Origin: Octopus sinensis
Taxonomy: Eukaryota
Direction: 5' to 3'
Assembly (NCBI RefSeq): GCF_006345805.1
Contig: NC_043008.1
Span: forward strand, 13,330,001 to 13,394,000
Length of the DNA: 64,000 nucleotides
Below the pieces are notes generated by a model that saw only the letters and a list, made by a program, of their open reading frames with translations, did not search any database and was not told the DNA's origin. The translations under genes were made by a program, and so were the position numbers. Below are positions 13,318 to 25,766 of the stretch, in pieces. The first letter of the stretch is position 1. Every line of letters begins with the position of its first letter.

Positions 13318-13714
13318 GCGCAGGAGTGGCTGTGTGGTAAGTAGCTTGCTAACCAACCACATGGTTCCGGGTTCAGTCCCACTGCGTGGCATCTTGGGCA
13401 AGTGTCTTCTACTATAGCCTCGGGCTGATCAATGCCTTGTGAGTGGATTTGGTAGACGGAAACTGAAAGAAGCCTGTCGTATATATGTATATATATATAT
13501 ATATGTGTGTGTATGTTTGAGTGTCTGTGTGTGTCCCCCTAGCATTGCTTGACAACCGATGCTGGTGTGTTTACGTCCCCGTCACCTAGCGGTTCGGCAA
13601 AAAGAGACCGATAGAATAAGTACTGGGCTTACAAAGAATAAATCCCGGGGTCGATTTGCTCGACTAAAGGCAGTGCTCCAGCATGGCCGCAGTCAAATGA
13701 CTGAAACAAGTAAA
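13318..13714 (+). mobile_element. tRNA-derived SINE family A, full length
   Basis: gcgcaggagtggctgtgtggtaagtagcttgc...ggttccgggttcagtcccactgcg...gcatggccgcagtcaaatgactgaaacaagtaaa. Confidence 0.93.
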
Positions 13715-13844
13715 TTTTAAAAAAATACTTGTATAAAAAGCTAGCAAGAAAGGGAGTGGAGGAGAGTATTACACAAGCGGTTAGATATAAACACAAATAA
13801 TACACAGAACGTATTGCCGTATACGTTAACGTAAAAGAAATCTA

Positions 13845-14210
13845 ACGCGAGAACCATGGATGTCTTTTTGTCTACATTGCACAGAAGTGCAATTGTGATC
13901 CAGCAGATATCAAAGTAAAGTAAGCCATAGAGAATACAATTAATCCAATTGTGTATCTCTGCATGTAAATATACTTCTTATGGAATTGCTGATTAGATAG
14001 ACGCCAATTCATTACATTGTTTTGTCTGGTTTACTTATTGGATTGGTTTTCTAGTTACAATATAACTACAAAATTTTCAATTTGTGAGGTTAACCAATTT
14101 GCTTTATTTTCTTCTAGAATCCTACAAATTTAGCATACGAGACACATAATCCACAGGAAGTGCTATAATGATGATTTGCATGTGATATCAGCAAATTTGG
14201 TGAAGATATT
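13845..14210 (+). pseudogene. Possible decayed EGF-like-repeat (MEGF10/11 or SCARF-type) exon remnants
   Basis: Frameshifted peptides QKCNCDP (then gtaag), ACKYTSYGIA, NPTNLAYETHNP/KCYNDDL after the acceptor ttattttcttctag (14117), and ACDISKFGEDI resemble C-x3-[YF]G-x2-C-x3-C-x-C laminin/EGF repeats. Several cysteines are lost and stops are present. Confidence 0.35.
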
Positions 14211-14306
14211 GTCACTCCTACTACAACTTTTACAACCAGAGCTGCTACTACAAACACTAGATGATGATGATGATAATAATGATAATAATAATAATAATAA
14301 TAAAAA

Positions 14307-14358
<52 letters not shown>

Positions 14359-14801
14359 TAATATTACTGACTGTCTCTCGATGGTGTTCATATCAGTTCT
14401 TCGGGTGCAGGATACCGTAAGTGAAGGCGTATTATTTTATCATTATTTTATTATTGTTGATATTGTTGTTGATATTATTATTATTATTATTATTATAATT
14501 ATTATAATAATAATAATAATAATAATTATTATTATTATTGTTATTATTTTCATTAGCATCTTCCCTCAATTCTCTTTCCATTTCTTGCCGAGTGTCTTCC
14601 TGACACCTAGGTCAGAGAAATGTACTGTATACATTGGGAGGCTATTAAAATAAACGCGACAGATTGTTAACTTACAAAGTTAATCAGCATAATTTTTTAG
14701 GTTTTTCTTTTTTAAATTTGTAATTATTAGTATCAGATTTTCATCGTTGCCCATAGAAAAAAAACAACAGTGTGCTCTTAATGTTTGCTTTAATTATTAA
14801 A

Positions 14802-15080
14802 AAAACATTTGCAGCGTGGAAGTTGTTTATAAGCCATTTAAGAAACACACAAAAGCCGTTCGATTCACTTCAACATCTTTGCACGGATTTTTGTCAATGA
14901 ACAGGTGGCGGATTTTAGCGACGAAAATATTTTGACAAATTAAACTTAAATGTTGAAGTGAATCGAACGGCTTTTGTGTGTTTCTTAAATGGCTTATAAA
15001 CACCTTCCACGCTGCAATTGTTTTCGTTTCAGCACGCGATCTCAGATCAAATTACTTGCTATGCGAGTACATTTCCGCAA
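14802..15080 (+). mobile_element. Family D element: foldback with a hammerhead motif in the spacer (Penelope-like pLTR architecture)
   Basis: 68-bp arms at 14809-14876 and 14950-15017 with 1 mismatch. The unique tail 15018-15080 is shared with 2843-2905. Confidence 0.8.
14890..14939 (+). ncRNA. Minimal hammerhead ribozyme-like motif with an altered 3-8 pair
   Basis: UUUGUCA-AUGAACA-G-GUGGC[ggauuuua]GCGAC-GAAA-AUAU-UU-UGACAAA. Perfect 7-bp stem I, stem II 4/5 pairs, palindromic stem III AAUAUU. Core has C at position 8. Confidence 0.6.
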
Positions 15081-16924
15081 TTAAAAAAACAGCCTTATAG
15101 GAATTGATAACATGAGAAATCCTGCAACTGTTAATACTCAAAAATTAAACATGTCAACCTGTTGAAAAGGTTTGCCATATAAATAGAAATCTGTCAGGGA
15201 AAGTTAAAAAGTTAACAAAATGTCACCAACGAAACGGTTTGATTTGAACTTGATGCTTTCTCTCCAAAACTTTTTATATGAATAGAACACAAATACGGGC
15301 GTATAAGTCCAAGTGGTTTTAGGTACCTGCTACGCTAAATAATTTTATTGATGTTAGGAGCTTCTGTACGGCTGTAGTGTGCGACATCTCTGCAGCATTT
15401 CATAGGAAGAATAACCTCCATGTATCTGGCTTTTGAAAACCCAGAGCGTTAATCGTTGAGAGAGTAGGAAAATAGACGTTGACTATGACACATGAGATAT
15501 AGCACAATGCCTAAATATTTCACTTGAGATTATGATTTTCTCGTCTGTTATATCATATTGATGGGTTCAGTTTCTATAATCTATGAATAATACTTATGTA
15601 ACTTTGCATGTACGCCTACATCTCTTGAAGCATCCTTTAAGACATTTGAATGTATTCAGCAAAGGTAAAATCATTCTATAGATCAAATTCCAATATTAAA
15701 ATTAATAACTGTCTTATATTCAATGATATAAACCACATGATTTCTGCAATATAAATAACCTGGCATGTTACAAACACTGAATGTAATAAGATCCCAAACT
15801 AAGATAAATCAAATTTCAGAATGTATTCTCTTTCTAGAAATATAGTAGTAGACCTGTATTGTGTCTTCTTCATTAAGTATGCTGGATTTAGGTTAGGCAT
15901 TTGTTCGAGTGTTGCATATTATAAACCGGGAGGCCTTGTCTGTGTTGTCTTATTGAAAATCAAAACTGTTAGAAAAATACCGCTACAGAAAAATAGATGT
16001 TTATGATGAATGCATATATGTATGTATATATACACATATACATACATATATATGCATATACATGTAATATATAAATTTATAGATATAGATAGATAGATGT
16101 ATGTATGTATGTATGTATGTATGTATGTATGTATGTATGTATGTATGTATGTATGCATGTGATGTACCGATGTCTCTACATATATCCATGTGTTGTGTGC
16201 GTGCGGGAAGGCACAGATAGTTACAAATACGCCGAAAAAGAGGGAAGAACGCAAGATGAACTGTAGAAAAATACGTAGCAGAAAGCAAGACAAGAGATAA
16301 AATATTACGAATCAATATATGTCAGTTCTGAATGCATTTCGTAATAAATTTCTTAACGTGAACACAAATAATTTACACTGCTTAATGTCTTTATAAACAT
16401 TAATATACAGCGCTACGATATTGAAGGATTCCGAGTCATTAAAACGTTAAAGATTGCGGTACAAACTTAGTTTAACAGCAAACGACATTCAAAAATTAAA
16501 TATATCGATGTATATTATTCAGTAACGTAATTCAATTATTCTACTAATATATTTTGAGCTGCTCTTCCATTAAACCAAAACTATGTAATTTGTATTCATT
16601 AGCGTATGTCTAATGCTTAAATATATTAGGATACTAAATGGTGTTTCACGTGTAATATAAACACACTGTATAGCATTTGTAATTCCTTGTTTTACTTAAA
16701 TATTGTATATGCTTATTAAAAAAATATGCTTTTAATTTTGGAAATTTGAATGCGAAATATGCATTAGCTTAAATGTTATTTCCTAGATCATAATTTATTT
16801 ATTTATTTATTCAGTTATTTATTTAGTTATCAGTAATACTGCCATAGCTGAAGCTGCGTTACATTTTCATTTAGTTTGTTTTGAATAATTGAAATCCAGC
16901 ATGATTGATATGATAACGCACGAA

Positions 16925-17560
16925 TTCATGTACGGTTTTTTTTTCCGTCTTTACTTGAAGTCTTCCTCGAAAGAAGAATGTGCTTTCTAAGAAAGACACA
17001 AAGATAACGTAGATAACAAAAGAAATATACATTTTTAAACTGAGAAAAGTCCAATATATTTTTCCTGTTCTGCTAACAGGTTGTATTTGAGATTGTACGA
17101 GTTCGTCCATTGATTTCTTCTTCCGAAAGATTCTACTTCTTCTCAAAGACATTATTTTATAACTAAAATTAATGTATAAACCTTTGACAATTCTATAGAT
17201 TTACAAGGGATTTTTACTTGCAATAATTGTGGGAATGTTTTGTTGGGGTTTTCTTTTGGGGAAAGTGTGATAATAATGGAATCACCGGCTTCCAAACGAT
17301 ATTTTATATAAGCTCAGGGTCTGTATGTGGCAGTGTTTTAGTAGGGTTTTCCAGGAGTTTCTGGATGTGAATGTAACATGATAGCATGCTTGGTTTATAA
17401 TTGTTTTGATATAAATTGGTGTAGGTGTGGAAGTCATCGGTGGTTTAATAGACAGATACGGAATGGCCAGGTTGGATTTGTAGATTAGGTAGAATTCAGA
17501 GAAGCAATTATTGGGTACCCTTACAAAGAACATCTCAATAGTACCAAGGGATCTACGTAC
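16925..17560 (-). mobile_element. Possible Penelope-like relic (GIY-YIG-like text followed by a hammerhead relic)
   Basis: ORF 17282-17533 VPNNCFSEFYLIYKSNL resembles the CP...NCL...VIYKA motif that precedes the Penelope GIY-YIG domain. Downstream on the same strand (16931-16975) is UCGAGGA A GACUU[caagua]AAGAC G GAAA..CCGUA. Confidence 0.35.
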
Positions 17561-17709
17561 AGAGCTCTTAATGGAGAAAAGAAACGAGTTTGCTAATTTT
17601 TTCTGTCGGTTGTATACTGTGTAAGTTCATCCTTTAATATATAAATATGTATATATTTATACTTAAATATTGATCGGCTGAATATGTTCATTCTTATTCT
17701 CTTTCTGTT

Positions 17710-17726
17710 TATATATATATATATAT

Positions 17727-17789
<63 letters not shown>

Positions 17790-17801
17790 TATATCTATCC
17801 A

Positions 17802-17839
<38 letters not shown>

Positions 17840-17847
17840 TATATCTA

Positions 17848-17925
<78 letters not shown>
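17710..17925. repeat. (TA)n microsatellite, interrupted
   Basis: Visible directly in the sequence. Confidence 0.95.
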
Positions 17926-17928
<3 letters not shown>

Positions 17929-19844
17929 TTTTAACATTTTGATTGGATAATCACTTATATTCCGTCATTTCAAAACATTCTGTTGTTTAAAATGTTTATT
18001 ACTCATTTATACTGGGCAAAAGTGAACTTCCCCAGGGGCAAGCATCTCAAAACTTGTTCGTGTCTATAATGCATTATTTTACCCTCAGATGCAAAAATAT
18101 GGTAAGATTATTCTCAATATAGGTCACATTTTTTTTGTTGCAGGTCTGTATGATTTTTCAGTACAAACTACTTGCCAATTGTTAGTATAGTCTTTGTTTC
18201 TGTCTTTATATATATAATGGTTTTCTCATAACAGAACACCAGGGTAGGAACGGTGCTTACTATCACGAAATCTTAGACTAAAATGAAGCATTAAGTGCAG
18301 GAACATATTGTTCTCAACTTGATGTGTTCCACTATTTGCAGAAAAGTGGCTCATTATTGGTCATTCCTAACAGAATATTACTCTTACACGATCATTCAAT
18401 ATCAGATATTAGACAAGTCACGTAGAAGGTCACTGCATTAACTACGTATGTTTTCGCTCATCGTCCTTACACTTCTGACCCTGTTCCATGTGACTAACAT
18501 CTTGTCAGATCTTTGTGTTATTACGTAGAGGACAAACAGGCTATTAATTGCGAAGAGATTAAAAATGATACTAAGTGTTTCTTTCCTTCAAAATCGGAAG
18601 AACGTGACGCCTTAAGGATCAATAATTTACGAAACAAATGGTATATGGTGCTATTAAATATATGAGAAAATATCTTGATTAAATACATCAATTAAAACCA
18701 AAGAAACATTTGTTTCTACCCGATCTTAAAATGCAATAGAGCAGCAGTCTTTCCAAACTAATATATGTGTATGGGTTTCTGCATATACGTCCCCATGTGT
18801 TTATGTGGAAATATTAATGTACTTTTACACACTGTGTTTCACTCTCTCTCCCTCATTCCCCACCTCTCTATCTTTCTCTTATCTCTCTCTTAATCTCTCT
18901 CTCTCTCATTTTACCTCATTCAATCGTGCGCTACGGTTTCTTTGTATGACTTCATCCATCTTTAATACAATATAAATATATGTCAGTATCACTGCGTCGG
19001 GTTAAGAGACGGAAACTTTTTTTGTGTTATTAATTGGAAAATTATTTCCGTAAGGGGGATGGGATATAAATACCTAATATCAATCAACCAAAATTAATTG
19101 GGGTTACGCTCTATTGACCTTCTTTCACTTTAGGGTTAAAATGACCATTAATAATAACGCACACACGCACACACAAATGGCCTAGAGAAGTAGTGTAGCA
19201 TGAAATTGAATATACGTTCTTCCTGAAGAGCGTAATCATGAGAAGGTAAGCAGTTCGAATAATTTAAATTGACTAATAGATGAATATACATTATAGAGAC
19301 ATAGAAAAAAAAATACTATTTTATGAATTATTGTGAAACCTAGACAATATTCAATGAAGTATGATGTCTCGAGGGAGACGCCCAGAAATGTCACCATGTT
19401 TAACAGATATCAGAATCGATCCAGACGAAAATGAAAGGACATATTTATGCGACATTTTGTTTCAATAAAATTTTAGGCCTCCTACGGTCTGAGCTTTCTA
19501 ATTACAATTAAAATGCTTCTGAATAAACAGCGATTTCTCGTCCATATTAAACTGCATATAACACACGAAGAAGGCATCTAATGCAGCACTCTCATGCAGT
19601 TGAGTATTAGATGTTGTACACACACACACACACATACATACATACATACACACATACATACATACATACATACATACATACATACATACATACATACATA
19701 CTTACATACATACATAACAGTCCACTAACTATTCTACTCTACCTGTGTAAACTGTGGGAATGGAGGTATTATATCTACTACGTATATTTCCAGGCTAAAC
19801 ATATATTAGTACTTCGGTTTGTTTCATTCTACTAAAAGAATCGA

Positions 19845-19905
<61 letters not shown>

Positions 19906-19946
19906 TAGTTTCGGCTCAAAGCTGTGGCCATGCAGGGGTACCGCCT
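19906..19946 (-). mobile_element. Short SINE 3'-end fragment related to the family A tail
   Basis: gtttcggctcaaagctgtggccatgcaggggtaccgcc, with a second copy at 53762-53801. Confidence 0.6.
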
Positions 19947-20222
19947 TTTTGCTCTACACTGTTATTGCTGAGAGCCTCCTCTAATATGGGGCATTTGGTG
20001 AATAAGGGTTGTTTGATGTCACTACCCTTATTTGCACCAAGTGGGGAAAAGGAGGAATATATGAAAGAGAGGGAGGGACACAGTGAGGGAGAGAAGAGAA
20101 AAATAGGAAGGTATTAAAGAGGAGCAGGTAACGAAGGTATGAAGGAAAGAGAAAAACGAAAGGTACAGAGCGAGAGGGGAGCTGTAAGTAAAAAGATAAG
20201 GTGAAAAACCGATTGTGAAAAG

Positions 20223-20375
20223 AAAGAGGTTTCGTAACGAATTTGCTACCGTAATGTTTTTCAAATAGAATATAAATGAATTAGAATATAACGAAGTTAA
20301 ATGGAAAACGATAATGATAAAAAGAAGAGGTTACGTGACGTATTTGCTACCGTAAATTTTCAAATAGAATGTAAA
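20223..20375 (+). repeat. Diverged ~52-bp direct duplication
   Basis: aagaggtttcgtaacgaatttgctaccgtaa..tttcaaatagaatataaa repeats ~100 bp later as aagaggttacgtgacgtatttgctaccgtaaattttcaaatagaatgtaaa. Confidence 0.85.
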
Positions 20376-20669
20376 CAAACAATTCGTTTTATCTCAAACC
20401 TCATCCGATATTACCAAAGATAACACAAAATAAACAACAAAATGAATAGGATACTTATTCCCAAGAGGTAAAATTCCAATCCTTGTTCTTGTAGGAAGCG
20501 GTTTTGTTTCAAAGAAAAATCGAATACTCTTTACATACGGCCACTAATGAAAATACTATTTATCACCACGTGCTTTCTCCGAGGAAAACTCTGACTTGCG
20601 TCACTGATTTTAATGTAATATATTGAACTTTTAGTGTGATTTATTAATTATTTTTTTACTAATATATTA

Positions 20670-21483
20670 TAGTAGGCCGTTATGAAATAACAAGTACTAC
20701 GTTTTAGTTTTGTCAGCTGCGGGCCATAGGAAAAATTAGCAAATTGGGTCAATGTGTTCTAAACAAATTTTCCGAATCCTGTGGCGCACAAAGAGCGAAT
20801 GTGCGCTCTTCTTTGTTGTCACGTCTCACGTATGGACTTTTTTTTAGACCGAATAGTCACTGGTAACTAGAAACGGGTTCTCTATAAAAATGTCAAGCGC
20901 CGAAGATAGTGGGTAAGGAAAGGAGTATTACCGGCACCCCAGGCTAAAGAAGGACTTCATCCATGTAAGGTGTTGTTATATGTTTGGTGGGATATGAAAT
21001 GTACAGTCCACTTTGAACTTTTAAACCCAAACCAAACGATAACAAATGTGATCTACTTGACCGGCCTAAGTCAGCCGACTAGAAAAAGACGATCATCTTT
21101 GCTTTCTATCAGGATAATGCTCGGCCACATACAGCGAGGATGACATTCCAAAGGCTGGAGCAGTTTGAACGGGAAACGATGTTCCATCTACCATATTGGT
21201 CATTGCCCCATATGATTATCATTTGTTCTGCAGTCTTCAAATTCATTTGGACGGAAAAAATAACAATTCTATAAACGAAGTCAGAACAGTACTACAGGAG
21301 TATTTTTCTTCACGGACAATTGAATTTTGGAGCAAGAGCATTGCAAGTCTATCAGATATATGGAAGAGCCTCGTAGAAAATGAAAGTGTGTATATCTTAG
21401 ATTAGAAATGGAATTTGTTTATCATAATTTAGAAAAGTAAAAGAAGTTTAAGAAAGCCGCATTATGTATGGGATGGCCTAATA
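20670..21483 (+). mobile_element. Mariner (DD34D) transposon relic, internally deleted
   Basis: Disrupted transposase motifs FLDRIVTGN, LYKNVKRRR, GLHPCKVLLYVWWD, HFELLNPNQTI, QDNARPHTA and IAPYDYHLFCSLQIHLDGK. The right end gcattatgtatgggatggcctaata looks like a TIR plus TA. Confidence 0.9.
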
Positions 21484-22727
21484 TTTTCGTTGCCGTTTTC
21501 TACCGTTTCGGTGACTCGTGATCTCTCAACCCGCATCGAAGGCTACTTTTCTGTCTCTGCGACCCAGTCCAACGTATTTATATGTGTATGGATGCTTGTG
21601 TGTACGTTCGTAGGTGTATCTAGACAAGAATGACGGTTAATGGTGAGAATAAAGAAAAGGATTGTATGCGCTTGCACGCGTGTGAGCGAGTATGCGCGTG
21701 GTGGTGTGTGTATGTCCATGTGATTACTTTGTTGGTGTTTGTGTGCATTAGCCATCCGTGAGCTCTTTCAGGGTTCTGTGATTCGTATTTATCGTTTTAT
21801 TTTCGTCTTAGGTGTACTATAGATTTATGGGTTTCTGTTAAGGTGTACGATTAGAGAGTTGGGTGTGTTTAGGGTGTGGGTTTTGGAGAGTATTGCTTTT
21901 TTGTGAGGAGGGGAAGAAGAGAATAGTGGAGGTGTGGGTGCAAGATTCTGAGTGCGCCTGAATTTGCGTGTGATTACCTGCGTGAGTATGTAAGTTTATA
22001 TACGTTTGTGTGTTCCAACAGTCATGTGAGTACGAGTTCTTTGCAGTAGGAGAAGGGAAGAGAGAATAGAGTAGCTTGTTGCTAACATGCGTGCACGCAT
22101 GAGTGCCTATGTGTGTATCTGCGTGCATATATATATATATGAAAGTGTGTGTCCCTCTGTGTAAGAGTGTATGTTTGGGTGTATGCCTGCGTCCATGTAT
22201 GTGCATGTCTAGGTGTGCGTGTGCATAGTTTATGTCTTTGCCTGTACAAGTATGTACGTCTGCGAATATATATCTCTGTGTGCCTCTACGCGGTGTGGTG
22301 TGTGTGTGTGTGAGTGTGACTGGTTGTTTATTCTACTGTCCCTATGTGCGCTATGTGTATTTATTCATGCATATATGTACATATCTGTCGGTACGTTCGC
22401 GTGGATGTGTGTAGGTGTAAAATGGAACTATTAGACATGTAAACATATTAACTTATATATGTTTGTATGTTGTGTGTAATTTTGTACAGGCTTTCGGGCG
22501 TTCTGTTGCTCTAATCCTATCTTTTACAATTTTGCCTATGTTAGATATGTAAGTATGCCTACTTACATACTTACATATATGTCTCCTTACATATCTACAC
22601 ATATATCAATATTTCTACCTCCCTGTCCAATCGGGCGCACCCATTTATGCATAAAGCGTGGCGGCAACAGTAGCGTTGAATTACTCCTGCCTACACACAA
22701 ACACATGCGCACACACACACACACACA

Positions 22728-23295
<568 letters not shown>

Positions 23296-23949
23296 GTTAT
23301 ACATGCATGTGTTTATACATGTGTGTGTGTGTCTATTTATCTGTCTGTCTGTGTTGAGAACTGGGGTTGATGTAATCGACTCATCCCGTAATTGCTGGCC
23401 TCATACCAAAATTCGAAATCACTATACATGCACGTAAATACGTACGTATGTGTGTTTGTATAGATAACTATTCAGACATTAAAAAATTCATAGCAATATA
23501 AATTGAACATGATATGATATAATATATTCAGTGAATGTATTTATAGCACAAATATTTTACATATTGTATTTTTTTGATTAATTTCCCAGACATTATCAGT
23601 TTCAATATTTTTCTGAATATATATTTAATTAATTTAAGATATATTTAATTACTTTAAGATATTCTCGCTATAGACTTTCAAATAATATTTTACTACACAT
23701 TTACTGGCTCTGTGTTCATTACGGAATCTATTTAATTAATAACTTATATATGGTAAAATTTGTTTCTTTGAATTATAGAATGTTTGCGTAAAGATAAAAG
23801 ATGGTACAGATTTGGTGTGATAGTTTAACACTGAAGATTTTGATGAATCCAAGAAGGACATAGTTGAAGCCAAGGAGAAACAGATTGATCGCCTGACCAT
23901 TGGAACAAGAATTTAAATAAGAGACACTCCAACCTGGTCAAGCAGTAAT

Positions 23950-24940
23950 AGGGACTAGGCATGACGGTCAGGTGATTAGTGATAACAGAAACGATGTAGA
24001 CATTTGCCCGACCTTTCTGAGACAGTTTCCTCTCGACCCATTTCTGTGTAAGTTTGACGCTCTGTTTGCCACCTCGTCCCAGTTCTTATCCTGGAGGTTG
24101 GGACCGAACCAGACCCCGACCAGTACAGCTGGTCTGTCGGTCCAGCGTTCGACGACGCCATACTATGGCATCGCCCTGCCTCTCCAAGAGACCAACCGCA
24201 AACCCACCGATATGTTGGCGTTGATTTTAGCCCTTGCAACCGATTCAGATTCCTTGAGAATGGTACTAACCGTCTCCACTTCGGAGGCTTCCCTTCTGTG
24301 TCCGACTTTGAAAGGGATGTTCCTTATCTGTACCAACTTCCTCAGCAGTAGCTCGAGTGCCAACACGTACAGACGAGGCGACGGCGAGCAACCCTGACAG
24401 ACCAAGGGTGCGATGACAAACGGTTCCTCAGATCACTGAACAGATGTTGCTGTTCATTGCAGCGATCCAAGCTCTGAAAATGGGTCTGCATTTTTAAAAC
24501 TAATTGCGCTCAAGAGAGGATCAAATAGGTCCTGCATTCAGGTCGGCTTCTAAGTATCGATGGTCGACCCTATCGAATGCTTTCTTTTGATCCAAATTGA
24601 TCAGAGGACTGTCGAAGCCAGCTTTGGTCCCAGACCTCTCTATAATGTAACGCAGAAAGTAGAGGTTGTCGTGGATAGACCTGATCGGGATTGCACACGT
24701 TTGCGCTTCTCCGACCAGTCTATCGACGGCTAGTGACAACCTTTTCTAGAACATCTTGGCTAAAATCTTAAAATCTGCGTTTGACAGAGTTATGGAATGA
24801 AAATTCCCTAGTAGGTCCCTATTTTCGGCGTCCTTTCTCAGCAGTGTCGCCACAAATCGGCTAACAGGACTAGAAATTCTCCCCTTCTATTTCCAGTTTC
24901 GGTAGACGACTACCAATAGGTCATCGAGCAAATCTGGCAA
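23950..24940 (-). mobile_element. Tx1/L1-clade LINE reverse-transcriptase fragment, frameshifted
   Basis: Minus-strand peptides ATLLRKD...SITLSNADFKILAKM, QTCAIPIRSIHDNLYFLRYIIE, LINLDQKKAFDRVDHRYL and QGCSPSPRLYVLALELLLRKL correspond to RT motifs 1-4, followed by AKINANISVGLRLVSWRGR. Confidence 0.92.
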
Positions 24941-25209
24941 AATAGTGATGATGGTGATGCTGATGATGATGATAAATGCGTGATGCATCCAAAGACTAAT
25001 TTCAGAGGTGCTTGTCTCCACTTTGAAAACATAAAGACACAGGAAATGTGTCAAGTCCAATAGGAAACGTTGTTTCCTAGGGCTAAATAACAGTAGCATT
25101 CTTCCTTTTCATGGGACTGTCATATTAAGTTGACAACATACTATCATTTTATTGTGTTGTTATTCATAAATCTTTCTGAGAGATTTAGAAAATTATTATT
25201 TCTATTTTC

Positions 25210-25261
<52 letters not shown>

Positions 25262-25264
25262 TTG

Positions 25265-25315
<51 letters not shown>

Positions 25316-25320
<5 letters not shown>

Positions 25321-25692
25321 TGCTTTCTAATTGAGGTATCAATACCGGCAGATGACAACGTGTCTCTAAAAGAAATGGAGAAACTCTCAAAATACAAAGA
25401 CCTGGAAATAGAGGTAACTAGAATGTGGAACCTGAAAACAGAAACAATTCCTATCATAGTAGGTGCATTAGGCATGATAAAAAAATATTCAGACAAATAC
25501 ATAACAAAAACACCAGGACTTACAACACATATAACATACAGAAAATTGCACTACTAGGCACTGCACACATCCTACGCAGAACACTTTCCATACAATAACC
25601 ATCAGAGTATCACAACAAATCACAGCACATACCCAAGGCACACAGAGCTGCGCTCGGTAGTGAAGTGAAAGCACGCTATAAAAATAAAACTA

Positions 25693-25696
<4 letters not shown>
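25316..25696 (+). mobile_element. R4/Dong-clade (RLE) LINE 3' end inserted in (TAA)n
   Basis: CFLIEVSIPADDNVSLKEMEKLSKYKDLEIEVTRMWNLKTETIPIIVGALG...QKIALLGTAHILRRTL is a restriction-like endonuclease C-terminus. Long (TAA)n on both flanks (25211-25315, 25696-25764). Confidence 0.93.
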
Positions 25697-25766
<70 letters not shown>

